In this document: piece after piece, positions 1-14,383 of the stretch
Position numbering within the stretch: the stretch's first letter is position 1
How the letters are laid out: each line of letters opens with the position of its first letter
From: the human T2T-CHM13v2.0 reference genome, Homo sapiens
Assembly (NCBI RefSeq): GCF_009914755.1
Contig: NC_060936.1
Direction: 5' to 3' (one strand)
Length of the DNA: 64,000 nt
Position numbers and translations under genes: made by a program
The notes under the pieces: model-generated
The model's input: only the letters and a program-made list of their open reading frames with translations
What the model was told of the DNA's origin: nothing
Databases searched by the model: none

Positions 1-796
1 TACATTGTGTAGCAGCCTCAAAAAACCACCCCACCCCATGCTTTGCAACATAGCACGGAGCACATACCTTTAGGTGATGTCTGGTATTATATTATGGAGT
101 GGTGATCCCAAACTGAAGAGTCTAAATCTGGAACTTTTGTGACTGTCACAGAAAAACTCATCCTTCAAAAATAAATGTGAATCAAAAGACCATTAGGAAG
201 TAGTGATTGTAATATGTAAGTGCAGGGTCTATAACTTTCTTTAACATGGTAGTGAGTATTTGAGTACCTTAACCCTAGAGATGGTCGGAGGCAGCCTCTA
301 GACACTTAGGACAGAGCTGCAAGAAGGCTAAAGGAATTCTTACTGCTATTTCTGATTGAGAGATTGAAGCAAAACTGAGATGCTTTGATCTAGAGTCAAA
401 GAAAGGCCTGAGAAACACAGCAGGAGAACATCCTTGTCATTCCTTCTTTTCTACCCAGATAACTCTCTTTAACCTGCACCAATTTCTCCTTGTGTGTGCC
501 TGCCCGTGGGGTTACAGCTGCCCTGACCCAGCCACCAGCCAAGGACCAGCAAGTATACAAAAGCCTTCTAGGCAAACAGTCTTCATGTTTAAGACCAGAC
601 TCTCCACCCTATTCTTATCATTACATTCCACTTTCTTCATTTAACTGCCTACTTGACCTCCAGACCCTATTTTCTTTGATTATTTTTCTCTTTATATCTC
701 ACTTAGCAGATTCTAATGATGTTTAACTTACATACAAAGATAACTTTTATGTATTATTTGGTTAATATTAAACCTAGGCTAAAAGAAACACAAATC

Positions 797-1100
<304 letters not shown>

Positions 1101-1149
1101 TAATATACGAAACACATGTTGAATTTTAAAATTTATTTATTGTGCAATA

Positions 1150-1740
1150 TAACAGAAACATAAAACATATATATTCAATTTTGATAAGAAATTATATAGC
1201 AAACACCCATATAGGGACCATCAGATCGAGAAATGGAACATTACCACCTCAGAAGTTGCTAGAAGTATTACTATTATCATGACTTTTGTTTTGTTTTATT
1301 TTGCTTTTTAATGTTTTCTTAATAGCTTTACCTTCTACATATAAAACCCTAGATAATATAGTTTAATATTGGCTACTGCTCAACTTCATATATATATCCA
1401 CGTATTTGTTAAGCTTACTTCTTTCACCCAGCATTTTGTGAGATTCAACCATATTGTTTTCTGTAACTTCAGACTTCAGTTTCATTGCTATAAAATATTG
1501 TTTTACGATTTTACTGAAATTTATTCATCTATTCCAGTATTATGGGCTTGGAATGATTTCCATTTTAGTGCTATTACAAACAATGCTGCTAAGTACATTC
1601 TTATTCATTTTTCTTAGTGAATATATGCCAGCATTTCTCCAAGATGTATATCCTAGAGCAAAATTTCTGGGCCATAGGTATGTATATATTCAATTGTGCT
1701 ATATAATAAAAATTTGTTTTTCGAAGATTTTTGTCAATTT
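1150..1740 (-). mobile_element. Old L1M 3' fragment (resumes about 3090-3220 after the L1PA insertion)
   Basis: Degenerate L1M 3'UTR motifs ('cagcattttgtgagattcaaccat', 'gtagttttagtttgcatt'). Confidence 0.55.
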
Positions 1741-1748
1741 AAATTCTT

Positions 1749-3089
<1,341 letters not shown>

Positions 3090-3746
3090 TTATAACAATC
3101 ACATGAGAGTTTGCAGTTCTCTACATTCTCACCAATATTTGGTATGCCCTCCATGTTAAATTTTTACCAGTTTTGTGGGTGTGTCAGTGTAATTCATGGT
3201 AGTTTTAGTTTGCATTGCTTATCTTACCTAGGAACCTCATAAGTTAAGAGAGGCTATCAGTTACTTCCATTTTTTGAAAATCCTATGACATAGAAAAAAA
3301 AAGAAGCTATGCCAAAAATACAAAGATGTCAACTAGTATGTGCTGTTTATCAGATAATTGCAATTTAAAAATAATAATCTGCAAAATACTATAAGCAGTG
3401 TGAGCCTCCAGGACTGGAATGCAATTTTAAACTCTTGTGTTGGACATCTTCAATCCCGTTAGCACAGACCTGGAATTATATGGATAAATCTCATTTGGAG
3501 ATAACATCAAGTCTCAGATAACATTAAAAGGTCCCCTTCTCTTGGAGCACCTTTTCAAACAGAAGGCCTGAGATGAATGCTCATGGTGACTCCATCCACT
3601 ACTCCTCGATTCACCACAATCCTGTCCCCTTCTCCACCACCCCCACTCTGCTCTCCCAACTCTTGCACTTGAGAAAGCCATCCTTAATGCCTGCTAGCCC
3701 TATTGGTTTCATCCTAATTTGCCTACCAATAAAATACTTTAAAATT

Positions 3747-4241
3747 GTGAAAGCTGCCGATGCTAAGATGGAGTCACTTACGTCAGACCCAAAGCAAAGC
3801 GGAGCCAGAGGGTCATGAGGAAGGGGCTCTCACGCTTGTATGTTTGAGATCAGAACTATTACAAAGGTGCTCTGAAGGTCTTTATGCATGTGTGCCTATG
3901 ACAAGCACTATTACAAGAACTCTCTGCCAGCACACACACAAAAAAAATCCGGATTAAGTTGCTTCTATGAAGGCACCTTCCCAGCCACAGTCAGGGTTAC
4001 TGATGCGTAATCACCAGCTCCTGCAGTGAGCCTCTATGGCTGATGGATTTTGTTTCAGAACAACTTACATAAAAGTTTTCTTTTTGCCTGTAACAGCTTC
4101 TTCTTGCCCAGCCTCTCTAGATATGCCCATGATTCAACATAGCCTGCGTGCCCTGGATTATAATCCTTCTGCTCATTCCCCCCAAAATTCACTTATTTGT
4201 AGAGGCTCTCTCTCTCTCTGTTATTTTTTTTTAGATTGACA
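3747..4241 (+). mobile_element. Solo ERV1 LTR, MER34-like
   Basis: TG...CA ends ('tgtgaaag'...'tagattgaca'), 'aagatggagtcactta' start typical of the MER34/39 group, 4-bp aaat flanks. Confidence 0.6.
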
Positions 4242-5592
4242 AAATAAACAATGAGGGAAAACTTCAAAAATAATTTATGAAAGAAGAGTCTTCCAGATGT
4301 GTCAAGAGAAGGTGAAAGGACCTATTCTCCTACTTTGCTTTGGAGAGTATGTGTTTATTCACCAAGCACTGATTGATTAAGCACTACCATGTTCAAGGAA
4401 GTGTGCTAGGCACTATAGAGGAAATAAAGAAGAATAAAACCAAGAACCTGCCTTTCCTGAAGCTCATCTGCTGGTTGGGGGTCGAGGCATAAAAACAACC
4501 AACAAGAAGTCAGTTGGATGGTTAAGAGTTTTGTCACTCTTGGAAGATTCTCCAGGCAATCACTATTTCAGCCAGCACAGGTGTTGCTCTTTCTTCATAT
4601 AAAAAAGATCAAGGATCCGAACTTATCTGAAAAGCTAAAGAGGTACCAAGTGTCCCCATTAGAATGGTGGGCTTTTCAGCAATTGTTGCATACGGATTAC
4701 ATAAGTTGAAGAGCAAGGGAAATACTAAAATGTCCATTCATGATCCACATGTGTGTAGCAGCCCAAGGCTTTGTTGTGGGAGCAGTGGCTCTTGTTGTGG
4801 GCTATTCCATGTTTCAGGAATTCTGGTTGAAACCTAAACCTTAGAAGAAGAGATGCCATCTTCATCTTATTGGATAAGTTCCCTTTAGTTACTCATTATT
4901 GAGCTTACATGTTTGTTGAAAATAAATCATTTGAATGGGCTTAGATGATTTTTAAAAAAATTATAACGCAATGTGATCAATTGCAGAGGGAATGAAGAGA
5001 TTACAGGAGATGATCACTGAGTTAGAACTTGAAGTATGAGAAACAGTTTACCTAGAGGTAAGGAAGTATGTTTCCTATACAATTAGTAGCCTATATAAAT
5101 AGTCACAGCATGGAGGATGTGCATGGTAGGCTGAGAGGACATATACAAGTGCTATGTGGACAGTCCGAAGGTATGCTTTGGAGATACAGAAAAGGGCAAA
5201 GAGTAAATGTAAAACTGGGGCAGATTCTGAAGGCATTAAGTGTCATGCCACACACAAACTATTAACAATAAATTATCAACCTTTTAAAAGAGAAGACCAA
5301 AATGATCATATTTGCATTTTACAAAGATAAATATTGTGACAGAGCAAATGTTCATTTGGGAAGAGGAGAAGAGGAGAAGACTACTCAATCTAGTTATTAA
5401 AATGAGAGCATTCACAGAGGAACACAGAGGTGAGAAGGGTGTGTTGTCAGCTGATTGTCCCTGGGTCTCTTTCAGCACCATCTTCTACTTTCCCGAATCA
5501 CCTGCACAGTTCATGGCTGCTCTAGAGCTACCAACCCAATGGGTCTAGAAGCAGTCAACTGTTTCCTGGGGCAATAGATAGACCCTTGTGGG

Positions 5593-5730
5593 GGCCAGGC
5601 ATAGCGCCTTACACCTGTAATCCCAGTGCTTTGGGAGGCCAAGAAAGGAGGATCGTTTGAGGCCAGGAGTTCCAGACCAGCCTGGGCAATATAGTGAGAC
5701 ACCCATCTCTACAAAGAAGTTTTAAAAAAT
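5593..5730 (+). mobile_element. FLAM / Alu left monomer
   Basis: 'ggccaggc...tgtaatcccag...ggatcgtttgaggccaggagttc...' single monomer with an A-rich end. Confidence 0.85.
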
Positions 5731-5782
5731 AGATCCTTGAAAAAACCTGGGGCTGAACCTGTTTGGCATATTCCACATAAAC

Positions 5783-6093
5783 TTTTTCTTTTTTCCTTTT
5801 TTTTTTTTTTGAGACAGGGTCTTGCTCTGTTGCCCAGGTTGGAGTATAGTGGTTCAATCATGGTTCACTGCAATCTCAAACTCCTGGGCTCAATCGATCC
5901 TCCCACCTCAGCTTCCTGAGTAGCTGGGATTACAGGCATGCTCCATCATGCCTGACTAATTTTTGTATATTTAGTAGAGACAGGGTTTTGCCATGTTGCC
6001 CAGGCTAGTCTTGAACTTCTGGGTTCAAGAGATCCTCCCACCTCAGCCTCCCAAAATGCTGGGATTACAGTCGTGAGCCACAACGTCCAGCCA
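5783..6093 (-). mobile_element. AluJ-type SINE
   Basis: Full antisense dimer with T-tail and J-type 'caatcatggttcactgc...cctgggctcaa'. Confidence 0.9.
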
Positions 6094-7171
6094 GAAGCTT
6101 CGAACTATAATATGTTGCTGTATCTAATCCACTTCTTAGATGAAGAAATTTAGCCCCAGAGAAGTTTAGTAACTCACCCAAGGTCAAACAACTTATCACT
6201 GGCTGAGTCAGGACTCAAATCTATCCCAAGACCGGAGGTTTCATGTTTCATGCAACAAAATGAAAACACAATAAGAACAAAACAAACCAAGAACCAAAAC
6301 TCAGACTCTCTGTTTCTTGGGTCAGTTGTTTTTCTATGACTGAGTCACATCCAAGTGTGGATATTTTTAGGAAAAGCTCTAATAATTTCAGAGCTCTTAC
6401 AATAGACTAGGCAGAGCAGCAAGCTCTGAAACACCCTAAATAAACATAGTTACTCCTCTGGGTGTTTTACTAAACTGGACAGTTCGGCCAGGGCTCTCCT
6501 TTGTACTTTCTGCATCACATGAGAAGAGGTTGAAGAATCTGTAGGAGTGCCTTAGTGTAGGCACAAAGCTAATCATGGTGGGGGAAACAAGCTCTTTAAG
6601 CAGCAATAGCAAAAAGCAGTGGGTCAGGTGGTTTTTTAGAGAGGCTGACATGAAAGGAAATTCAACAGAAGATAAGTGCACTTTCTGAGTTACTACTTTA
6701 GATGAAATACATGTAACCTGTCTGATGCAGAGTTAGGTAGGTAGCTAATGTGGGGTGTGATATAAGATAACCCAGACCCAAACCACATACCTACCATACC
6801 TCCAAAGCTGTCATTTACCGCCATAAGAAACAGTATTTGGGAGTGGTAAGTCATCGTCTCTAGAAACTCTTGCCTCTCCCTTCTATTCCTATTAAAGTGA
6901 CTTAATAGGTGATGCATTATTTCATTCATTAATATCCTCCGTTGTGCTGCTTGGTAATACGTGCTATGGCAGCATGAGGGTTTAGGAGAAATGACTACAA
7001 AACAAATGTGGTTTACAGATGTTTTATTACAGACTCTCTTTTAATCCCCCAATCAGTTCTTTTATATAGATAATATTTTCCCCACTTAGGATGAGAAAAC
7101 TGAGGCTCAGAGAGGTTAAGGGGATAGGCCCACGTTACATAGCCGGACAGAAGCAGAGCTGGGATTTTCCC

Positions 7172-7440
7172 TGTTGTTGTTGTTGCCTGTTGCTAGACAC
7201 GGCCTTGCTCTGTCACCCAGGCTGGAATACAGTGGTGTGATCTTGGCTCACTGCAACTCATGCGACCCTCCCCGCTCAGCTTTCTGTGTAGCTGGGACTA
7301 CAGGTACCCACCACCACACCCAGCTAATTTTTGTGTTTTTTGTAGAGATGAGGTTTCACCATGTTCTTGGGCTCAAGCCATTCACCCACCTCAGCTTTCC
7401 AAAGCACTGGGCTTACAGGCATAAGCCACCACTCCCAGCC
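7172..7440 (-). mobile_element. AluJ-type SINE inserted in a MIR
   Basis: Antisense Alu with TSD agagctgggatttt on both sides. The flank carries the MIR core 'gagaaaactgaggctcagagaggttaag'. Confidence 0.85.
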
Positions 7441-7959
7441 TAGAGCTGGGATTTTAATCCATGCCTTCTGAAGGCAAATACTTATTCTTTTCATCACATC
7501 TGTTTGGTATATCAGCAGAAATCATTAAGACAAATGGGACTCACCACTGAAAAAAGGTACAAATATAACACATAAGAAAGTGTGGTATAAATAACAGATC
7601 CAAATTTAAAATATATATATTTAGAAAACCTTTATATCAACCAGCTTTCTAGATATTACTGAATATACTATGCTTGTGGATTTAAAATGTATCTAGGAAA
7701 TACAAGCCCACGTCCTCACAGGTGCCTCCTAGGAAAAACCGGCAGGTTTGTGTTTGTTTTGTTTTTAATGATCTAAAAGAATTCAGCAGATAAATGTTTC
7801 CCCATATACCTGAAAAACCCACTCATCCTCTTAAGGCAGGTCACAAAACTGAAGAATTTTTAAACAAAGCAGAAATTTTAATCCAAATCTTTCTCCTATT
7901 CTGTTGGTGATAAACCGACTAAAAACAAAAGAACAAAACCACTGTTCTTTAAAGTTTAA

Positions 7960-8279
<320 letters not shown>

Positions 8280-8577
8280 TGCACTCATTCTTTAGAAGAA
8301 TAATGCCCAAGACCACAGCCTGCAATGTGCACACAGTCACCTGGGCATCTTGTGAAAATGCGGATTCTGATTCTACGGGACTGAGGTGGGGCCTGAGACC
8401 CTGCATTTTAAACCAACCCCACACTCTGAGTAGCAAAGCCCTAAAATACTTTTGTTTGTTTAGGTTGACATATATTGTCAAATGCTGGCTTCTCTCAAAC
8501 ACCAGTGAAAGAACCTTTTCATAAGGCAAAGTTGAGTTTATTGCTCACCGCCATAGGGAGATGGCTACTGTGAACTG

Positions 8578-8912
8578 CTGGTCCCCAACCTTTTTTGGCA
8601 CCAGGGACAGCTTCCATGGGACAATTTTTCTCCGGATGGGGTGGTCAGGTGGGGATAGTTTGGGGATGAAACTGTTCCACTTCAGATCATCAGACATTAG
8701 ATTCTCATAAGGAGCACACAACCTAGATCCCTCACATGCACAGTTGACAATAGGGTTCGCACTGCTATGAGAATCTAAAGCTGCTGCTGATCTGACAGGA
8801 GGCGGAGCTCAGTCAGTAATGCTCACTTGCCTGCTTCCCACCTCCCGCTATGCAGCCTGGTTCCTAACAGGATACCTTTAGGTAAAGTTATTGCAGGGGT
8901 AGGAGACCCCTG
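8578..8912. mobile_element. MER1B-like hAT-Charlie DNA transposon
   Basis: 'gtccccaacctttttggcaccagggac', 'cattagattctcataaggagc', 'gctgatctgacaggaggcggagctc', terminal 'gacccctg'. Confidence 0.8.
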
Positions 8913-8913
8913 C

Positions 8914-9473
8914 GGTAAACCAAAAATAGAATTTGAAGGCCCCTGGCAACGATCTGAATGGACTAACTCTTTGGCCAGGGCATGTAAAATTTAACCTGAA
9001 AGACTGGCTCAGGCCGTGACGGGAAGTGAGGGTTGGACATGCCTCATTAACATTAACACAGACCTTAAGTCTGATAAGAAATACTTACAATCTATTTTTC
9101 TTTAAAGCCTGCTACCTGGAGGCTTCATCTTCATGATAAAACCGTGGTCTCTACAACCCCTCCTGGTAACCCAGACATTCCTTTCGTAACTCTTTCAACC
9201 AATTCCCAATCAGAATATGTTTAAACCTACCTATGACCCGGAAGCTCCTCTTCTCTCCTCACCCTTCGAATTGTCCCACCCTTCCAGACCGAACCATGTA
9301 AATCTTCCGCGTATTGATTGATGTCTCATTCTCCTAAAATTTATAAAAGCAAGCTGTACCCCAACCACCTTGGACACATGCTGTCAGGACTTCCTGAGGC
9401 ACGTCCTTAACCTTGGCAAAAAAAAAAACTTTCTAAGTTGACTGAGACCTGTCTCAGATATTTTGGGTTCACA
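8914..9473 (+). mobile_element. Solo ERV1 LTR, MER4A-like
   Basis: 'gtaaaccaaaaata...' through '...gagacctgtctcagatattttgggttcaca', typical of MER4A. Confidence 0.75.
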
Positions 9474-9889
9474 CTATCTAGATTCTTAGTAGTGTCTCAA
9501 AGCCAGGTGCCAAAGTTGGGATATTTATAACATTGAAGGTGGGTCTTTCAAGGTGGGGGCATGAGGTTGATCAGAATTTGGTAAAGATCGTGATGTGGTA
9601 ATTAAGGATCAGTAAATGCCATGGATTTTGAAGAGTCCTGAGGAGTAAAAGGTTGTTCAGCGCTATCAGCGGGAAAGTTGAACAGTCTGGTTTTCTCAAG
9701 GGTTGTTTTCTGGGGAATTTCCTGAAACAAAAAACAGTTACTTGCAATTTTTATCTTTCTGGACGAGAGTTTCCTGGAATAGCTGACTTTTGTTGAAGAC
9801 AGTAAATAGTACAGTCATTGACAGTAAGCTGTCTGGGTGTCCATGCTTTCCGGTTTTAATACAAATCTGCACTCACATAAAATAGTGAT

Positions 9890-10015
9890 TGCGCATCCGT
9901 TGTGACGTGGCGCTTTGGTGTCAGACAGCACCACCTGCTGGCTCATGAGGGTTAAAAACGTTTAGAACTGCAAAGGTTACTTTTAACAGCAGGGCTCTGC
10001 TGCCACCTATCGGTT
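9890..10015 (-). promoter_or_regulatory. Candidate CTCF site pair plus CRE-like motif
   Basis: Minus-strand GCCAGCAGGTGGTGCTG (9926-9942) and ACCGATAGGTGGCAGCA (about 9998-10014) resemble the CTCF core. TGACGTGG at 9903-9910. Local CpG retention. Confidence 0.5.
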
Positions 10016-10089
10016 TATTTTTAAACTTTTCAAATGTTTTTCTTTTATTTAATACAGGTCTACTATACTAAGCACCAATCATTCAAAAA

Positions 10090-11950
10090 AAAACAGGTGC
10101 TATAAGTAGAAATGTAGCGCAATATTGTGGAGGCGGACATGAAGGCAGGTGAGGTCCTGGTGAGGTGGTAGAAAGATGATTAAGGACAGGATACAGTGTA
10201 CAGCCCAAAGGACAGAGTTGTCTATCTACTACGGATGACCAGTGTGGGGGCAGTTAGGGAAGCTTTACAGAGGTAAGGAACCCTAAGGTGTCTCTTGAAT
10301 AAGAATTGACAAGTAGATATGAGAAGGAGGAGTTAGGAATTCCAGGCAGAAATACAGGCAATGTGAAGATATTGTGCTAGCTGGGTGATTTAGCGTGGCT
10401 GAACCACGAGGTGTAGCAACAGGTCCCAAGAGAGACATAGGAGGCCAGATCATGGAAGGCTTCATATGCCTGACTAAGGAGGTTATCCTGGAGGCAATGA
10501 CTGGGGAATCACTGATGAGTATTAAGCAGGGAAAATACAGGATTAAATCAGTTTACAAACACCACTTCAGCAGAAGCATAGAGAATAGATTGGAAGAAAG
10601 TGAAATCGAAATTTGGTACATCAGTTTGGAGTCTTTTTTGTTACAAGTCATATAAACCTATTCTGCTCACTTAAATAAAAAGAGAAATTTATTGGAGATG
10701 TATCAAAAATGCGCCAAGTTATCAAGATGCTGGAAGATCAGACTAGGAAATGGGCAGGAGCATAGCTAGTTTGGAGTACGCACAGCAGCCGTCTCATGAA
10801 TCTGACAGGCTTCTGCTGCAATAGGTCATCGCTGCCACCACTGCCCTGAATTAGTCCTAATCACCCCAGTGGGATCCCAGCTTGGCAGCTTTAGGCCATT
10901 TGCCCTTGCCTTGGTAGCCAGGTAGCAGAGTAAGGACTAATGAGCTGCTATGACTTCATAAAATGAGCATTAGTTAGGGTATCTGTCTGGCCACAGTAAC
11001 AAAGACCAAAATTAACAATGACGCAAACCGAAGTGTATTTCTTCCTCCTACGAAGGCCCAAGTTGGTTTGGCAGCTCTTTGTGAAGCTATTGCTGGCCCA
11101 GCCTGCCTCTGCCTTTTCACTCTGCAATACTTCACGGGTTCCGTTGCACAGCCCAAGATGGCTCCTCCGATTCCCACCATCACTTTTCCATTCCAGCTAG
11201 CAGGAGCAAGGGGGAAAAATAAGATGGCATGTTCCTTTCTTTTAAGAGCACAACCTGGATGTGGCATATCTCTCTTCTAGTCACATGCCATTGTCCAGAA
11301 CTTCATGACATAGCCACACCTAGCTACAAGAAAAACTAACAAAGTCAGGATCCTGTGTGGCCATGTGGGCAATTAAAATCCTACTACTAGGAAGAAGGGA
11401 AATGGGTATTGGAGGAACAACTAGAGGATCCCCAAAATAGGAAGTAAGAGGCTAGATTCTGGAATGGTCAAAAAATAAAAGATAAACGTCCAGTACAGGT
11501 GGTAGACTCTGTGTAAGAGATCAGAGGGATCAGAAATAAGGCAGGGAACAGGAGGATGGGAGCAAATGTTTTGAAATAATATGAAGAACTTAGATTCTTC
11601 AGGATTTGGAGCCTGATTTTATATAGGTGATAAGAGAAAAGGAGAGAAAGTTGAATCTCAATTTTCTGACCTTGGTGACGGAATAGATCTTTGTGCCATC
11701 CCCAAATAAGAAATATAATGGGAAGCATACATGTTTCACAAAGGTCTACCTACCATTCCACTGGAGATGCCCAGTAGGTGGCCAAATATATCGTTTTTGA
11801 CACAAGACAGATGGATTTGGTAATTGTCAGCATACTGGTGGTAGCTGAAGGTGTGGAAGATGATTACTTCACCAGGGAAGAACATGAAGCTTGAGACTAA
11901 AACAGGACTGAGGATGGAGGATTAAATTAATTTGTGAGCATACAATCAGA
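10090..11950. mobile_element. L2 relics interrupted by MaLR (MLT1-type) LTR sequence (about 10620-11440)
   Basis: L2-like 'ggccagatcatggaaggcttcatatgcc...gaggcaatg...ggggaatcactg' and MLT1-like 'cacatgccattgtccagaacttcatgacatagccacacctagctacaag'. Confidence 0.5.
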
Positions 11951-12934
11951 GTTAACCAAACCTGTTAACCAACCCCAGAGCTACAAGGAAAGCTATCAGA
12001 GCATAGTGCCAGTGATAACAGCTAGGTGAGCCACCTTCCAGTGTATCCCTGCCTTTTAACTCATCTTTTGTAAGCTAAAACATTGAAAAAGATACTCACC
12101 AGAAAGAAATACAAAATTTTCTTTAGATGCTGCCTAGAATGAGTACCTCAGCAGTGGAAATTATCACTGACATGATACAATTCAAGGAGTCAAAAAGGAG
12201 GCTGCTTTGGGCCATTCCTTCCCCACTGAAGTGACAAACCATTATTAACAGGAAATTTCTTTGTGTTAAGCATCTTTCACTGGAGGCTCATTCCCACAGA
12301 GGACTAACCCATTAAACTTCAAATATCTTGGGTAGTTTTTTTTCCAAATCATTTTTCTATCTGAAAGGAGAGGAAGAGGGAGCTCTGAAGAAGGGTTGAA
12401 GGCTACAAATAAAGGCTATCCTGTAGAATTTACTGCTTTACAATCTCTGGTTTATTACAGCTACTTCCATCTAGTAGTACTCTCTGTAGAACCTGAAAAA
12501 CATAGATACAGTGGTCATTACAACAAAGTAGAACAATTTTGCTTCATAAATGTTTAGTCAATAATAGATGGGATCCTCATGCCCTTCACCATCAAGAAGT
12601 TTGCTCAACAGGTCAGTCTTTTTCTGTGAAAATAAAATAAACTGTTTTTATTTTTTAATCCCAGTATCCATCCTTAGATCGTCTCATTTTTTTCTCCTTG
12701 TTTTTCTTTTTTCAGCATGTAAAGTTACAGCTTGACCTTAGTGAAGCACTATGGACAGACATGAATAATTTTTAATAATATGAAGAATAATTACTGGGAC
12801 AGTCAAAGTACCTGCTAATTATTTTTCATATGGCTAAAAATTATTCAGAATATTACTGGGACAGTCAAGTTACCTGCTAAAGTTCTGGGAGAATACAGAA
12901 CTTCTGTGCTCTCTTCCCCTTTATTCATCACTTT

Positions 12935-14240
12935 TGAGTTATAATTTATATACAGTAACATTTATGTTTTTTAAGCCAGTCAAATTCAGCAGTGGGAGGA
13001 CAGTAACTTTATCTTTTTGAAGTGTACACCTTGATGAATTTTGACAATTGTATATAGTCATTTACGCACCATCACCATCAACATATAGGAAATGTTTCAC
13101 ACCCCAAAGGGTTCCCCTGTCTTTAATCCCCACCTCTGACTCCCAACTCCTGTCTCCTGTTCTCTGATTTCTATGTTTACAGTTTTACTTTTTTCAGAAT
13201 ATTACACGAGTGAAGTCATATACTATGTAGTCTTTCATGTCTGATTTGTTTCATTTAATGAAATGCTCTTGAGATTTATCCATGCTGGCATGGGGATCTA
13301 CAGTCTGTTCCTTTTGTTGTTGAGTAATATGCCACCATGTGGGTATGCCAAAATTTGTTTTTCCTTTCATCAGGTGATGGACATTTGGGTTGTTCCCAGT
13401 TTGTGGCTCTTATGGATGAATCAACTATAAACATTTACATACAGGCCTTAGTGTAGACATATATTTTCATTCCTCTTGGGAGTGGAACTGATGGGTCGTA
13501 TGGGCACTTTATGTTTAACTTTTTAGGTAACTAACAAACCGTTTTCCAAAATGGTGCTACTATTTTGAATTCTTACCAGAAATCCATGAGAGATCCATTT
13601 CCTTCACCTTCTCACCATCACTTGGTATTGTCTGTCTTTTTAACTTTAGTCATTCTCATGAGTGTTTTATGGTATCTCACTGTGGATTTAAGTTTCATTT
13701 CCTCAGTGAATAATAATGTTGAGTATTTTTTCATGCACTTATACACCACCCTTATTTAGGTGTCTGTTCAAATCTTTTCACCACTTTTTTTCTGAATTAT
13801 TTGTCTTATTATTAAGTAGTAAGAGTGCTTTATATATTCTGGATACTAGCCCTTTGTTAGCAAGTGTCATAAACATTTTCTCCCAGTCTGTGGCTTATCT
13901 TCTCATTTTAAAAAATTTATTTTATTTGCTTACTTACTCTTTTAGAGATGTATGCTGCCCAGGCTAGAGTGCAGTGACTACTCAGAGGCATGCAATCATT
14001 GTACACTACAATCATCAAACTCCTGGGCTCAAGCAATCCTTCCACCTCAGCATCTCAAGTAGCTGGGACTACTACAGGGGCATGCCACTGCACCCAGCTT
14101 TTATTTTCTTAATAGTGTTGTTCAAAAAACAAGTTTTTTAGATAAGCAGAAAGTGCGTGTGGAAAAAATAGAAGTTTTAAATTTTGGTGAAGTCCAATTT
14201 CTCATTTTTTTGTGGTTCATGCTTTTTGTATCCTATTTAG
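12935..14240 (-). mobile_element. L1M (L1MB/MC-like) 3' region with an internal Alu monomer fragment (about 13915-14099)
   Basis: 'gatggacatttgggttgttcccagttt', 'tatattctggatactagccctttgttag' and other L1M 3' motifs. Confidence 0.75.
12973..12999 (-). pseudogene. RNY4: Y4 RNA 3'-end retro-fragment
   Basis: Reverse complement CCTCCCACTGCTGAATTTGACTGGCTT matches the recalled hY4 3' end CCCCCCACTGCTAAATTTGACTGGCTT at 25/27. A-rich tail, and TSD-like acagtaac(a)tttat at about 12952 and 13000. Confidence 0.8.
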
Positions 14241-14383
14241 TGAATTAAAGAAGATATTAAATTCTGTGTTTTTAAATAAAATAAAGCTATAGTAATCAAG
14301 TTAATATAATATTGACATAAAGAGAGACATATAGATCAATGCAACAGAATAGAGAGTCAGTCCATTTGATCTTTGTTGTTACT

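Noticed and set aside
6436-6929. Two adjacent minus-strand ORFs (81 and 78 aa), one with a hydrophobic stretch
   Set aside because: No recognisable homology or exon structure, and the lengths are within chance.
12790-12880. CRISPR-like repeat-spacer-repeat
   Set aside because: Only two imperfect copies in primate DNA, with no cas genes.
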